In this document: positions 20,917 to 32,700 of the stretch, piece after piece
Numbering within the stretch: the first letter of the stretch is position 1
How the letters are laid out: every line of letters begins with the position of its first letter
Origin: Fimicolochytrium jonesii
Lineage: Eukaryota
Direction: 5' to 3'
Length of the DNA: 64,000 bases
Assembly (NCBI RefSeq): GCF_025526975.1
Contig: NW_026515669.1
Span: 1,612,001-1,676,000, forward strand
The notes under the pieces: generated by a model
Seen by the model: the letters and a program-made list of their open reading frames with translations, nothing else
Databases searched by the model: none
What the model was told of the DNA's origin: nothing
Made by a program: the position numbers and the translations under genes

Positions 20917-23900
20917 TCACCCCTCTCTTTAGCGGCGGCGGCGGCGGCGTCGAGTTTGGTGTGGTCGCGGAGGAGGGGCACTGGGGACAGAGGAATGCTT
21001 GTTGGGGTACGCGCTGTGGAAGTCCTTGAGGAGTGCGTCGGTATGGGTGAGGTGTTCCACGGGCTCCCAGGTGTTCTCGGAGTCAGGCCAGCCCTGCCAT
21101 TTGACCAAGTACTGAAGGCGACGACAATGGATGCGAGAGTCAAGGATGGCTTTGACAACCCACTCTTCTTGACCCTCAACGGTCTCTGGGGTCGCGGGTT
21201 CGGGTTCGTGTTGTTCGGGGATGGTGAAGCGGGGTTCGAGGAGCGAGACATGGAAGACATTGTGGATTTTGTACGTAGGCAGGGGCTTGAGCCGGTAGGT
21301 GACTGCATTGATCTTTTCAACGATGGGAAATGGCCCAATCTCGCGATGGTTGAGCTTCTGAGAGGGCCGGGTTGTCTGGAGGTTTTTGCGGAGGAGTCAG
21401 ACTTGTACGCCAGGCTTGAAGTCCGGTCCAGGAGTTTGCTTAGCGTTGGCGTAGCGCTTCATTCGATCATGCGCTTCCTTGAGCTCAAGGACGAGCTGTT
21501 CATGGACTTCCCTGATTTGTTTAGCGCGGGCTTCAGCGGCGGGGTTGACGGATTCGGAGGTAGCAGAGGCAGCGAAACTGAAGCGGGGGTGGAGACCCTT
21601 GTTGGCGTAGAAGGGGGTGGTCTGGGAGGCGGACTGGTGGGTGTTGTTGTAGGCGAACTCGGCGGACGACAGAAGCTGCTTCCAGTTGTCCTGTTGGTGG
21701 TTGCAAAAGCATCGGAGATACTGCTCCAGGATCTGGTTGGTGCGTTCCGTCTGGCCATCGCTCTGGGGGTGGAAGGCCGAGGAGAGGTTGGCTTTTGCCC
21801 CAAGGAGTTCGAGAAGTCGACGCCAGAACCGGGACTTAAACTGGGGTCCTCGGTCAGAGATGACGTCGTCGGGGAGGCCGTGGAGACGGATGATGTTGTG
21901 GAAGACTAGGTCGGCGGTGGATTCGGCGGATTCTGACTCGCTGCAGATGATGAAGTGGGCCATCTTGGTGAGGCGACAGTTGACGTTCAGGATGGAGTCA
22001 TACCCATCAACGGGAGGCAGACCGGTGATAAAGTCCAGGGACCAAGATCCCCAAGGGCGGGTAGGGATCCTGTTGGGCTGGAGTAGGCCGTAAGGTTTAT
22101 GTCGACTGGATTTCGCTTGGCTACAGATATCGCAGGACTTGATGTAGGCCTTGACGAAGCGCCACTGGCTGGGCCACCAGTAGTTGCGGGAGGCAAGTTC
22201 AAGCGTCTTGGACATCCCAAAGTGGCCGGCTAGGGGTGTATCGTGCATGTCGTGGCAGACTTCAGCTCGGAGCTCGTTGGTGGGGACATAAACCAGGTTA
22301 TCGTGCAGCAGGATCCCATCTTCATCTGAGAACCGCTTGATACGATCTTGGGTTTCCTCGGTTCGTTGGGCGAGGGGTATCTTGAGCTTTTCGCGAATGG
22401 TCTTAGCGAGGGGATCAGAGGCCTGGGCGGCCTTAATCTTGTCAAGCAGCGTGGTATCCATGGGTGTGAGGTAGGCTGCGGCGAGTCGGAGGCGTTCCGG
22501 AGTCAAAATTGTGGTTGCCTGGGAGCGGAACGCTTCTTCCCCCTCTTTTAGCTCATGTTCGGAGCGTCGGGAGAGGGCATCGGCTTGGCGCTGCTGGGAA
22601 CCGGGGCGATAGGTAATGACAAAGTCAAAATCCGAGAAGAATATTGACCAGCGGGCTTGGCGGCGGTTCAGGGTGCGGGTGGTCATGAAGTACTGAAGGT
22701 GTTTATGGTCGGAGTAAACGGTGATCTTGTGACGGGCGCCAATGAGATGGTGTTGCCACTGGGCAAAGGAGTCTTGGATGGCCAGAAGCTCCTTGTCGTA
22801 GATCTCGTAGTTGATCCCCTCGGCCGTGAATTTGCGAGAGTGGAAGGCCACAGGGTGGAGCTGATTGTGCTGGTCAGGTTGGAGGAGAACTGCGCCGAGA
22901 GCGAAGTCGGAGGCGTCAGTTTCGACGACGAAGGGCTTCTCTGGGTCTGGGTGAGCAAGGATGGGGGCGGTGGTGAATGATTTCTTCAGGTTCTCGAAGG
23001 CGGTGTTTGCGGCGGGTGTCCAGGCGTACGGGATGTCTTTCCGGGACAGGGCTGTAAGCGGGGTAGCGATTTGGAATAACCTTGGATGAATTGGCGATAG
23101 AAGTTGGCAAAGCCGAGGAAGCGCTGGACACCTTTGACATTCCTGGGAGGTTCCCAATCCTGATGGCAGCGATCTTCTTGGGGTCCATCTGGATGCCTTT
23201 CTCGGAGATGATGAAGCCTAGGAACTCGACAGATTCACGGTTGAATTCGCACTTCTCGGGTTTGGCGTACAACCCATGCTGGCGGAGGCGGGAGAAGACT
23301 TTGCGGACGTGCTTGGGGTGATCTTCGGGGTTCTTGGAAAATATCAGGATATCATCAAAGTAGACGACAACAAACACATTGAGAACGTTGCGGAAGATGT
23401 CGTTCATCAGGTACTGGAAAACGCCAGGAGCATTGCTGAGTCCAAAGGGCATGACATTGTATTCGAATAGGCCGTAGCGGCAGCGGAGGGCGGTCTTCCA
23501 TTCATCGCCCGGGCATACATGCGTAAGAGGTTGTAAGCGCCGCGGAGGTCGATCTTGGTGAGACGGCGAGCACCGCGCAAACGGTCCATGATACCGTTGA
23601 TCAGGGGCAGGGGGTAGCGATTCTTCACCGTGATGCTGTTCAGGCCTCGATAATCGATGCAGAGGCGGAGAGAACCGTCCTTTTTCTTCACGAATAAGAC
23701 TGGCGCACCGGCAGGGGACTTTGAGGGTTTGATGAATCCTTTGGCGAGGTTTTCTTCGAGGTATTCGCAGAGTGCTCTCATTTCTGGTTCGCTGAGGCTG
23801 TAGACCGGGCCAAAAGGTGGCTGTTTGCCTTCCTCCAGATCGATAGGACAGTTGTAGGGCCGGTGCTCGGGGACAGTGTCAGCATTTTTCTTTTCAAAAA

Positions 23901-25231
23901 CGTCGGCGAAATCTTGATATTTGGGGGGGAGGAAGTCTTTGATGTTTTTCTCGGGTGTTGGGGGGTTACTGGGGCTAGGCGAGGCCGGGAGCTCGGGTTT
24001 TGCAGGGTTGGCGTAGGCAACAAAGACCTGGTCATGCCTTGCTGCGACCCGGAAGGCTGGGGCGGAGATGAACAAGACTCGAAGCGGCGTGGGAGCCGGT
24101 TCTGGGGTGCTGGAGCGACATACCTTGGGTACTGGAATCGACCATGTTTCGTCGACGGGGACTTCATCCTGGGGGATGCGGATCAAGGGCTCGGGGGTTC
24201 TGGCAGGTGCTGGGCTTGGGAGTGTCGGGGAGTGGTCCCAATTTGCGAATTCATGGTACTGACAGTCGCAACGGAAACCGACCGAAAGGTTCTTGAAGTC
24301 AAGGTTAATGTCATGGAGGCGGAGCCAGGGAAGACCAAGGAGGATTGGCGCGTGGGGTGATTTGGTGACATGGAAGACGAGTTCTTCGAAGTGGTTGTCG
24401 ACCCACATGCCTACTGGTTGGGTGTGATGGGTGATTGGCCCAGCAGAGCTGGGTTGACCGTCAACGAGTTTGATCGTCAGCGGACGCTGATGCTGGACTA
24501 GGGGGATGCGGTGCTTGCGGGCAAAGTCCGCGTCGATGAAGCAGGACAGGGCCCCGTTGTCGATGATGGCTGAGGTAGGTATCGGGGCGCGGCTGGATGA
24601 TACCATGATGGTAACGGGGTAGTTGAAGGGTTCGACGGGACCCAGCGCAAGCAGGGTGCGTGGGTTAACTTCGGAGTTTTCAACATGGGCGGCGGCTGGG
24701 AGGGTTGTGTTGGCTGTAACGGAGTCGGGAACCGGGGGGGTAGCCTCTTCCGTTGCACGAGCTGCGAGGTTAGGAGGCCCAGAGGAGTGTGTGTTGTCCA
24801 GTCGCTGGGGCTTTACTGCGGCTGGACCTTGGGAAAACCCTGTTCCGTGGAGGTTTCTTTGATGTCGACGTTGGCGGCACGGGTGGTGGTCTTGTTCTTG
24901 ACGGGGCAGACTTTTGCAATGTGCCCCGCGCCACCGCAGTAAAGGCAGAGGTTGTTGGAAATGCGGCGTTGGCGTTCCTGAGGGCTCAGAGGGCCGCAGG
25001 GACGAGCGGCGTCAATCTGCAAGGGTTCGCTGTGGTCGACGGTGGTGGTAGTGGTAAACGAGGTATGGGGAACTGGGAAGGTCTGGCGGGTTCTGTTTCG
25101 TTCCAGGCGGCGCTCAAACAGTCGGTTATCGCACTGGATAGCCTGCTCCATCACCATATCAATGGTGGCAGCAGGAGGCATTGTGAGCATCAGATCCTTG
25201 ACGTCCTCTTTGAGGCCACGGCGGAAGGTAG

Positions 25232-28200
25232 TGTCGGGGATATCTCACAGTGCCAAGCGATTCAACAAGGCTTGGCGACGGAACAAGTTTGAAAAAGACA
25301 CGGTCTGTCGCCTCGCTCTTAACGGAATACCGGACGCTCCTCAAGAGCTTAAAGAAAATCCAGGACATCTCAAGGATATCCTAAATAAATACGTCAATAC
25401 GCTCTTCAAGGAACCGGAAGGTCTACCTCCTGATCGCGGAGAAGATAATTTCAAGATCGAACTTACTGAAGGTGCTGAACCCGTTTGGCAACCTCTTCGG
25501 CACATGAACAAAGAAGAACTCGCTGAACTTAAGAAACAAATCACCTCGATGCTTGAGAAAGGATGGATACAACACTCCTCAAGTCCCTGGGGAGCTAGTG
25601 TCGTCTTTGCGAAAAAGAAAGATGGCGGATTGAGCATCTGTTGGGACTACCAAGGTCTCAACGCCGTCACCAAGAAAGATCGCACTCCTTTACCCAATAT
25701 TCGTGAGATGAGGGATCGGATTCAAGGTTGTAAATGGTTTACGCTTATCGATATTCGAGAAGCATACCATCGTCTTCTTATACAAAAACAAGATCGAGAA
25801 AAAACGGCAATACGAACTCGCTTTGGACATTTCCAGTATTTGGTCATGCCGTTCGCGCTTACCAACGCACCTGCTGCATTTCAACGTCTTATGAATAAGA
25901 TCTTCCATAAAGATTACGACAAATTCCTCGCTACCTACCTAGACAACATTTTCATTTTCTCGAAGACCTTAGCCAAACATCGGGAACACGTCGATTGCAT
26001 CCTGAAGAAACTTGAAGAACACGCCCTTTTCATCAAGCCTTCAAAGTGCGTATGGGCTAAAGAAGAACTCGATTGGTGTGGACATATTGTCGGAAGACAT
26101 GATGTTCGCATCGCGCCTTCGAAAATCCAAGCTATCAAAGATTGGGCTACTCCAAAGTCAACAAAAGGAGTTCAAAGCTTTCTCGGGTTCACGAACTACT
26201 TCCTCGATTTCGTACAAGGTTATTTGGACATCGCTCTGCCCCTATCAAGTATTCAATCTTCAAAAGTCAAATTTCGATGGGGTCCTGAGCAACCAGAGGC
26301 ATTTCAAAAGTTGAAAGAAGCGTTGATCAATGCGCCTACGCTAGCAACTATCGATGAAACCAAGCCGATTTACGTCTTTACCGACTCATCAGGCTACGCT
26401 ATCGCTGGCTGGATTGGACAACCTTCTGGTGATGAAACAATCCCTACGAATCTGCCTCCTCTCGTCGGACAATGGAAGAAGTTACCTCGGCTCCGGCCTG
26501 TGGTCTTCTTTTCTAGAAAGCTGAAGGACGCAGAAACTTGATATCCTACGCACGAACAGGAGCTTTTAGCTCTTGTCAAGATGTTGGTCGCCAATCGACC
26601 ATATCTCATCAGTCGTTACTTCCGATGTTTTAGCGATCACAAGGGACTCGAATCCATCCAAATGCAACCCCATTTGAGCAGAAGACAAGCCCATTGGGTG
26701 GAGAAGCTACAAGAGTATGATTTCGACATCCCGCATTTACCTGGACGATGGAATCATATCGCCGTCATGCTCTCCCGCAACCCAATCTATGCGCCTCGAT
26801 GTGTAGATTGTCAACGACACCTCGACATGCATACGCAGATCAGCAACATGCTTGTCAATGAACCTTCCTCCAATGCTACGACAGACAATCCACAAGAATC
26901 ACCTACCTGCTCAGAAGAAGAATGGAGAAAAGCGCTACGCAAAGATCCATATTGGGATTATCTCGATGAAATTTCTCGAAAGCCCCAACACGAGAAAACT
27001 TCAAAGAACTCCGTTATACCTTTGAAAATGGATTAGTACGACATGAAGGACGTCTATACGTTCCTGAAGATATTCGCCCGAAGATTTTACGGAAATTCCA
27101 TGACAAACTCGCCACCGGAGGACATCTTGGTGTTAAGAAGACTCTCGCGAGAATTCTTACGGACTATTACTGGCCTACCGTACGCTCCGACGGTATATTC
27201 AAGGTGTAGATTGAAACGAAATCAAATTCTTCAAGAAAGGGCAGCAAGACATCGCCCGTATCATACGCGAAAACCTTCAGAGATCGCAATATCAATTCGC
27301 ACGTCAACACGACAAAGGCCGAACGCCAATCGCATACAAAATTGGCGACTTCGTTGACCTAAATCGACAAGGAATCAACCTAGAAGTAGACGCTTGAAGA
27401 GGACTTCGATACTCAGCTACGTGGATCGGACCATTCAAAATCATCGCACTAGGAGCACATCCTGATACCTACGAACTCTATCTATCACCATCGAAGATTA
27501 GCGGCATCTGGCCCGTCTTTCACGTCGTTATTTTACGATCACATTGCGAAGAGCAATATCCGCAATGTGCAGTTCCACAACCTCCTCCACCAATCGAAGA
27601 ACGCGGACAACCTGAATGGGTTGTAGAAGATATCATCGACGAGCGACGCGCCGTACGAAATCTTCTAGTCAAATGGCTCGGTTATCCTGACCCTACTTGG
27701 GAACCCAAATCCGCACTTCGCTACACGCCTGCCACAAACGATGGCGAAAAGCTCACCCACAATCTTTGTGGATACGGAGACGAACAGCATAAAGCATCTC
27801 ATATCACATCACACGCGCGACGCCGCAAGAACCGCTCACTATCAATCACACCGCTGACAATAGCGACGTAAACAACATACATTACGCGGGGCGACGCAAG
27901 AACCGACCTTACACACACATATCACACACGACGTCGGCTTAGGGACGCCTTTGCCTCAAACACACACATCACACAGTGCGTTAACACTATCAATTGAACA
28001 AGTGCGTCAACACTTTAAAATGAACATGAACTTTCCCTTTCTTCACATATCCCTTGTAGTTCACCTCTTATTTATTCGGCGCCCTCCTCAGGATCTGAGG
28101 GAGGTGTCGGGGATATCTCATCTTCACTTGTATTTCATATTATATCTCTTTACTTCTACTTGATCCGAGACCCGGGCTGGCCACCCGAGCTCTCGGTGAT

Positions 28201-28379
28201 ACATTACATAAGGCGCCAAGCCTCACTGAAGCCACGCAAGCCCCACTGGCAGCCCAAATATAAAGCTGTCAGTCAAGCGCCCGCTGGGAAGAGCTTCTTA
28301 CTTTTTTCTTCACTACAATACACTGCTCTCATCCCTCTCAGAAGGGCCCAATATCGTCTACGTTTCCTCTGACATTACA
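25232..28379 (+). mobile_element. Internally deleted Ty3/gypsy element (family E) nested in gag
   Basis: TSD GGTAG at 25227-25231 and 28380-28384; RT/RH (WDYQGLN, YLDN, FTDSSG) at about 25250-27036; chromodomain remnant near 27610; only 16 bp of the 5' LTR remain. Confidence 0.88.
28105..28379 (+). repeat. 3' LTR of family E
   Basis: PPT GAGGGAGG followed by TGTCGGGGATATCTCA, identical to 25232-25247. Confidence 0.8.
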
Positions 28380-29052
28380 GGTAGCAATCAGGGCCTGGTC
28401 ATTCCAGGAGACATCGCATTGCAGCTGGCGGAACTCGGCGACGTACTCGGTAGCTGCACGGGTTTGGCGAAGGTTCTGGAGCTTGTTTTCAGAGGTGCGG
28501 ACCCTGTCGCTGTCTCCGAAGACCGATTGCATCTGACTGATAAAACTATCAAAGTCCTGAAGGCTGTGATCTTGGCGTTCGACTAGGGGCGCCATCCAGG
28601 CTTGCGCAGTGCCGGTGAGGTAGGTGCCAATCGTTTGGATCTTGATGATGTTGCTGGGGTAGCGGTCGGGCTGGAGAGCAAACATCAACCGGATGTTGTT
28701 CAACCACCCACGGAATTTGTTTTTTTTTTGCTGCGGGTACCATCAAACTTCTCAGGCGCGCTGATTCTTGGCTCCAGAGCTCCGGGAGCAGGGTTGGTGA
28801 CTTGAGGACGGGTGTACGCATCGGCTTGGACCTGGGCAGCAATGTTCTGGGCAGCTTGTGCGTCGGCTTGGGCTTGCGCTAGGTTGGCCTGCAAGTTGGC
28901 GTTTTGGCTTTGCCAGGCGGCGATGGCTTGGCACATATCGTTCCATTGCTCGGCGGTGAAAGGTACGGATTCGGATTGGGACATGGCGAAAAGGTGTGGC
29001 AGATGCAGGGCAGGACGGGTTCTGAACTTCGCAGCGTTGGAGCAGATCAAAC

Positions 29053-29577
29053 TGTTACGATCTCGACGACTGAGGCGGAAGCGAAGTAGAGAAGACAGGG
29101 CGAGTGTGATAGGCGACCAGAGGTTGTATTGGCGAAACAAGAAACAAGGACTAGAACAGGAGATGAGAAGAACTGGTGTTGATCTGCTGGGGAGGAAGGG
29201 AATGGACGAAGAGAGGCCGGCTATTTATAGATAGGCAACCCAGCAGATCAGAGAACAACAACAACAAGAGGGGACTGGGGGGGCGCCAGCTATGCTCCTA
29301 GAGCGTGCGTGGCGAGCGTAGAGAGCATTGCTACAGCTGCTGGCAATGGGGAAGTAGTGGGGGGTGTGGAGAAGCCGAGGGGGGATTGGCGAAATGAGAG
29401 GAGAGAGGAGGAGTGGCGATATTGCGGGAGGATTGGCAAAATGAGAGGAGAGAGGGGGAGTGGCATTGACATTGACATTGACACTGACATTGACACTGAC
29501 ATTGACATTGACATTGGCGTTTGACATTGGCGGCTGTCAGTAGGTAAGCTTATGGTATGGGCGCGTCGTCCATAACA
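29053..29577 (-). repeat. LTR, family B (5' LTR)
   Basis: TG..CA termini; followed on the minus strand by the GTTTGATCTGCT leader and gag. Confidence 0.92.
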
Positions 29578-29635
29578 GAATCGTCCCGATCGCTCGGAAC
29601 GCCCCGGAGAGGTGGTACAGTCACAGAAAGAAGAG
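29578..29635 (-). repeat. Fragment of the TRIM LTR
   Basis: Reverse complement matches about 60397-60455. Confidence 0.8.
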
Positions 29636-29666
29636 CCGCCCAGGTTCAAGCCGCCCATTCATAACA

Positions 29667-30521
29667 GCCGCCCAGGTTCAAGCCGATACGTACACCCGTC
29701 CCCAAGTCGCCATCCCTGCTCTGGAGCCAAGAATCAGCTCGCCCAAGAAGTTTGATGGTACCCGCAGCAAATTCCGTGGGTGGTTGAACAACATCCGGTT
29801 GATGTTTGCTCTCCAGCCCGACCGCTACCCCAGCGACATCATCAAGATCCAAACTATTGGCACCTACCTCACCGGCACTGCGCAAGCCTGGATGGCGCCC
29901 CTAGTCGAACGCCAAGATCACAGCCTTCAGGACTTTGATAGTTTTATCAGTCAGATGCAATCGGTCTTCGGAGACAGCGACAGGGTCCGCACCTCTGAAA
30001 ACAAGCTCCAGAACCTTCGCCAAACCCGTGCAGCAACCAAGTACGTTGCTGAGTTCCGCCAGCTACAATGCGATGTCTCCTGGAACGACCAGGCCCTGAT
30101 TGCTACCTTCCGCCGTGGCCTCAAAGAAGACGTCAAAGACCTGATGCTCACAATGCCCCCTGCGGCCACCATTGATGTGGTGATGGAGCAGGCTATCCAG
30201 TGCGATAACCGGCTGTTTGAGCGCCGCCTGGAGCGAAACAGAAGCCGCCAGACCTTCCCGGTTCCCCATACCTCGTTTACTACTACCACCACTGTCGACC
30301 ACAGCGAGCCTATGCAGATTGACGCCGCTCGTCCCTGCGGCCCTCTGAGCCCTCAGGAACGCCAACGCCGCATTTCCAACAACCTCTGCCTTTACTGCGG
30401 TGGCGCGGGGCACATTGCAAAAGTCTGCCCCGTCAAGAACAAGACCACCACCCGTGCCGCCAACGTCGACATCAAAGAACCCTCCACCGAACAGGGTTTT
30501 CCCAAAGTCCAGCCGCAGTAA
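29667..30521 (+). CDS. gag: gag of family B (5'-truncated), with CCHC zinc knuckle
   Basis: [37 protein letters not shown]. Confidence 0.88.
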   Translation, partial: AAQVQADTYTRPQVAIPALEPRISSPKKFDGTRSKFRGWLNNIRLMFALQPDRYPSDIIKIQTIGTYLTGTAQAWMAPLVERQDHSLQDFDSFISQMQSVFGDSDRVRTSENKLQNLRQTRAATKYVAEFRQLQCDVSWNDQALIATFRRGLKEDVKDLMLTMPPAATIDVVMEQAIQCDNRLFERRLERNRSRQTFPVPHTSFTTTTTVDHSEPMQIDAARPCGPLSPQERQRRISNNLCLYCGGAGHIAKVCPVKNKTTTRAANVDIKEPSTEQGFPKVQPQ

Positions 30522-31748
30522 AGCCCCAGCGACTGGACAACACACACCGCCCCGGGCCTCCTAACCTTGCAGCTCCTGCAACGGGAGAGGCCACCCCCCT
30601 GGTTCCCGACTCCGTTATAGCCGACACAACCCTCCTAGCCGCTGCCCATGTCGAAAACTCCGAAATTAACCCCCGCGCCATGCTTGCGCTGGGTCCTGTC
30701 AAACCCTTTAACTACCCCGTTACCATCATGGTATCATCCAGCCGCGCCCCGATACCTACCTCAGCCATGATCGACAACGGTGCCCTGTCCTGCTTCATCG
30801 ACAGAGACTTTGCCCGCAAACACCGCATCGCCCTAGTCCCGCATCAGCGTCCACTGACAATCAAACTCGTTGACGGTCAACCCAGCTCTGCTGGGCCAAT
30901 CACCCATCACACCCAACCAGTAGGCATGTGGGTCGACGACCACTTCAAAGAAATCGTCTTCCATGTCACCAAATCACCCCATGCTCCAATCCTCCTTGGT
31001 CTCCCCTGGCTCCGCCTCCACGACATTAACCTTGACTTCAAGAGCCTTTCGGTCGGTTTCCGTTGCGACTGTCAGTACCATGAATTCGCGAATTGGGACA
31101 ACTCTTCAGCACCCCCGAGCCCAGCACCCGCCAGAACCCCCGAGCCCTTGATCCGCATCCCCCAGGATGAAGTCCCCGTCGACAAAACATGGTCGATTCC
31201 AGTACCCAAGGTATCTGGCTCCAGCACCCCAGAACCGGCTCCCACGCCGCTCCGAGTCTCGTTCATCTCTGCCCCAGCCTTCCGGGTCGCAGCAAGGCAT
31301 GACCAGGTCTTTGTTGCCTACGCCAACCCTGCGAAACCCGATCTTCCGGCCTCGCCTAGCCCCAGTAACCCCCCGACACCCGAGAAAGACATCAAAGACT
31401 TCCTGCCCCCCGAGTATCAAGACTTCGCCGACGTTTTCGAAAAGAGAAATGCTGACACTCTCCCCAAGCACCGGCCCTACGACTGTCCAATCGATCTGGA
31501 AGAAGGCAAGCAGCCACCTTTCGGCCCGATCTACAGCCTCAGCGAACCAGAAATGAAGGCACTCTGCGAATACCTCGAAGAAAACCTCGCCAAAGCATTC
31601 ATCAAACCCACAAAGTCCCCTGCCGGTGTGCCAGTCTAATTCGTGAAGAAAAAGGACGGTTCTCTCCGCCTCCGCGGCGATTATCAAGGCCTGAACAGCA
31701 TCACGGTGAAGAATTGCTACCCCCTGCCCCTGATCAACGGCATCATGG
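30494..31748 (+). pseudogene. pol: pol of family B, 5' half (PR, RT start), interrupted by the endogenous virus
   Basis: ORF 30680-31639 with MIDNGA; premature [13 protein letters not shown] breaks at 31748 and resumes at 56893. Confidence 0.9.
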
Positions 31749-31792
31749 TGTCACAGTCCACCCATCTTATATAAGATGGGTGGACTGTGACA
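31749..31792. repeat. Perfect 44-bp terminal palindrome
   Basis: TGTCACAGTCCACCCATCTTAT|ATAAGATGGGTGGACTGTGACA. Confidence 0.97.
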
Positions 31793-31874
31793 GGTACCAT
31801 AGTCAGTATTGAGACTGGACTGACTATAAGTTCACTTTGATAGGAACCATAGTCCGTTACGGGTCTTGTTACCC

Positions 31875-32000
31875 TAATTGAAGACCGCATTAATTGAAGA
31901 CCACACTAATTGAAGACCGCATTAATTGAAGACCACACTAATTGAAGACCGCACTAATTGAAGAGCGCACTAATTGAAGACCGCATTAATTGAAGACCGC
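31875..32000. repeat. 16-bp tandem repeat TAATTGAAGACCRCAY x8 (x6 at 56673-56766)
   Basis: Direct count in both TIRs; the last unit is partial. Confidence 0.92.
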
Positions 32001-32700
32001 TCCACGCGTCTCCTGTGACTGCAAAAAGTTCAAGACCAATTTCCGACGCGGGTTTAACGCGTCTCCGATGCACAAGTCATTAAACTCTGCAAGTCAATCA
32101 CGTGACCGCCCATGTGACACTGCACGTGACATAATAGGCTCAACGAGTCACTTTCAGTCGCGCCTGTCGAACACACCGTCACTCCTTACGTCAGCCCTTT
32201 TCCACACAAGTCCGCCGTTGCCCATCCCTACGCAAGTGGATCCAACAAAGAACCAAGTGAGGTCCACCCAAATATCCTCTCACCTCTCCATACATCGAGT
32301 CAATAACGTCGCAAGTCGTAACTAACCCCTCCACAAGTTATCGAATAGGTGGAAAAGTGACTTTTCAAACCAATGATGAACAACCGGAAAAACTAACGCA
32401 TGTACCTCATCCCCATCACATCATCTTTACCCAGATTCATTCATTCTCTCATAGGGTTTCAAAAGTCACTTTTCCACTTACTCCATAAATTATCGTAACA
32501 AATAAGAAAAACCTTTATCAATCCCCTCCACTCATCGAAACAAGTGACTTTCCAAATCACAAAAGTCACTTGATACCCCCCAAAACTCACTTGACACAAC
32601 TCTTATCGATATCCTCAATGTTTATATAAACACCGATTCCGCCCCTTGTGCATCCCCCGTACATTCGCTACTTCTCTCATCAACACTTCATTCTCCTAAC

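Larger units (their letters stand above)
20376..29577 (-). mobile_element. Ty3/gypsy chromovirus, family B, degenerate, with a nested insertion in gag
   Basis: LTR 29053-29577; gag 28984 to 28380 and 25231 to 24813; pol ORFs 23407-24606, 22916-23452 and 21397-23157; LTR 20376-20916. Confidence 0.88.
31749..32613 (+). repeat. Left terminal inverted repeat (865 bp)
   Basis: Reverse complement of 56060-56892 apart from two extra 16-bp units. Confidence 0.95.

Noticed and set aside
20896..21909. 337-aa antisense ORF (also 58572-59585) and similar repeated ORFs
   Set aside because: Antisense shadows of GC-rich integrase; they recur only because the element is multicopy.
25042..25231. N-terminus of the 499-aa ORF
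   Set aside because: Antisense gag read through the insertion junction; not part of the family E pol.
31875..32000. CRISPR-like array
   Set aside because: The 16-bp units are contiguous with no unique spacers, and no cas genes are present.
31990..32325. 111-aa ORF duplicated at 56348-56683
   Set aside because: TTG start inside the repeat array; the duplication only reflects the TIR, and there are no protein features.
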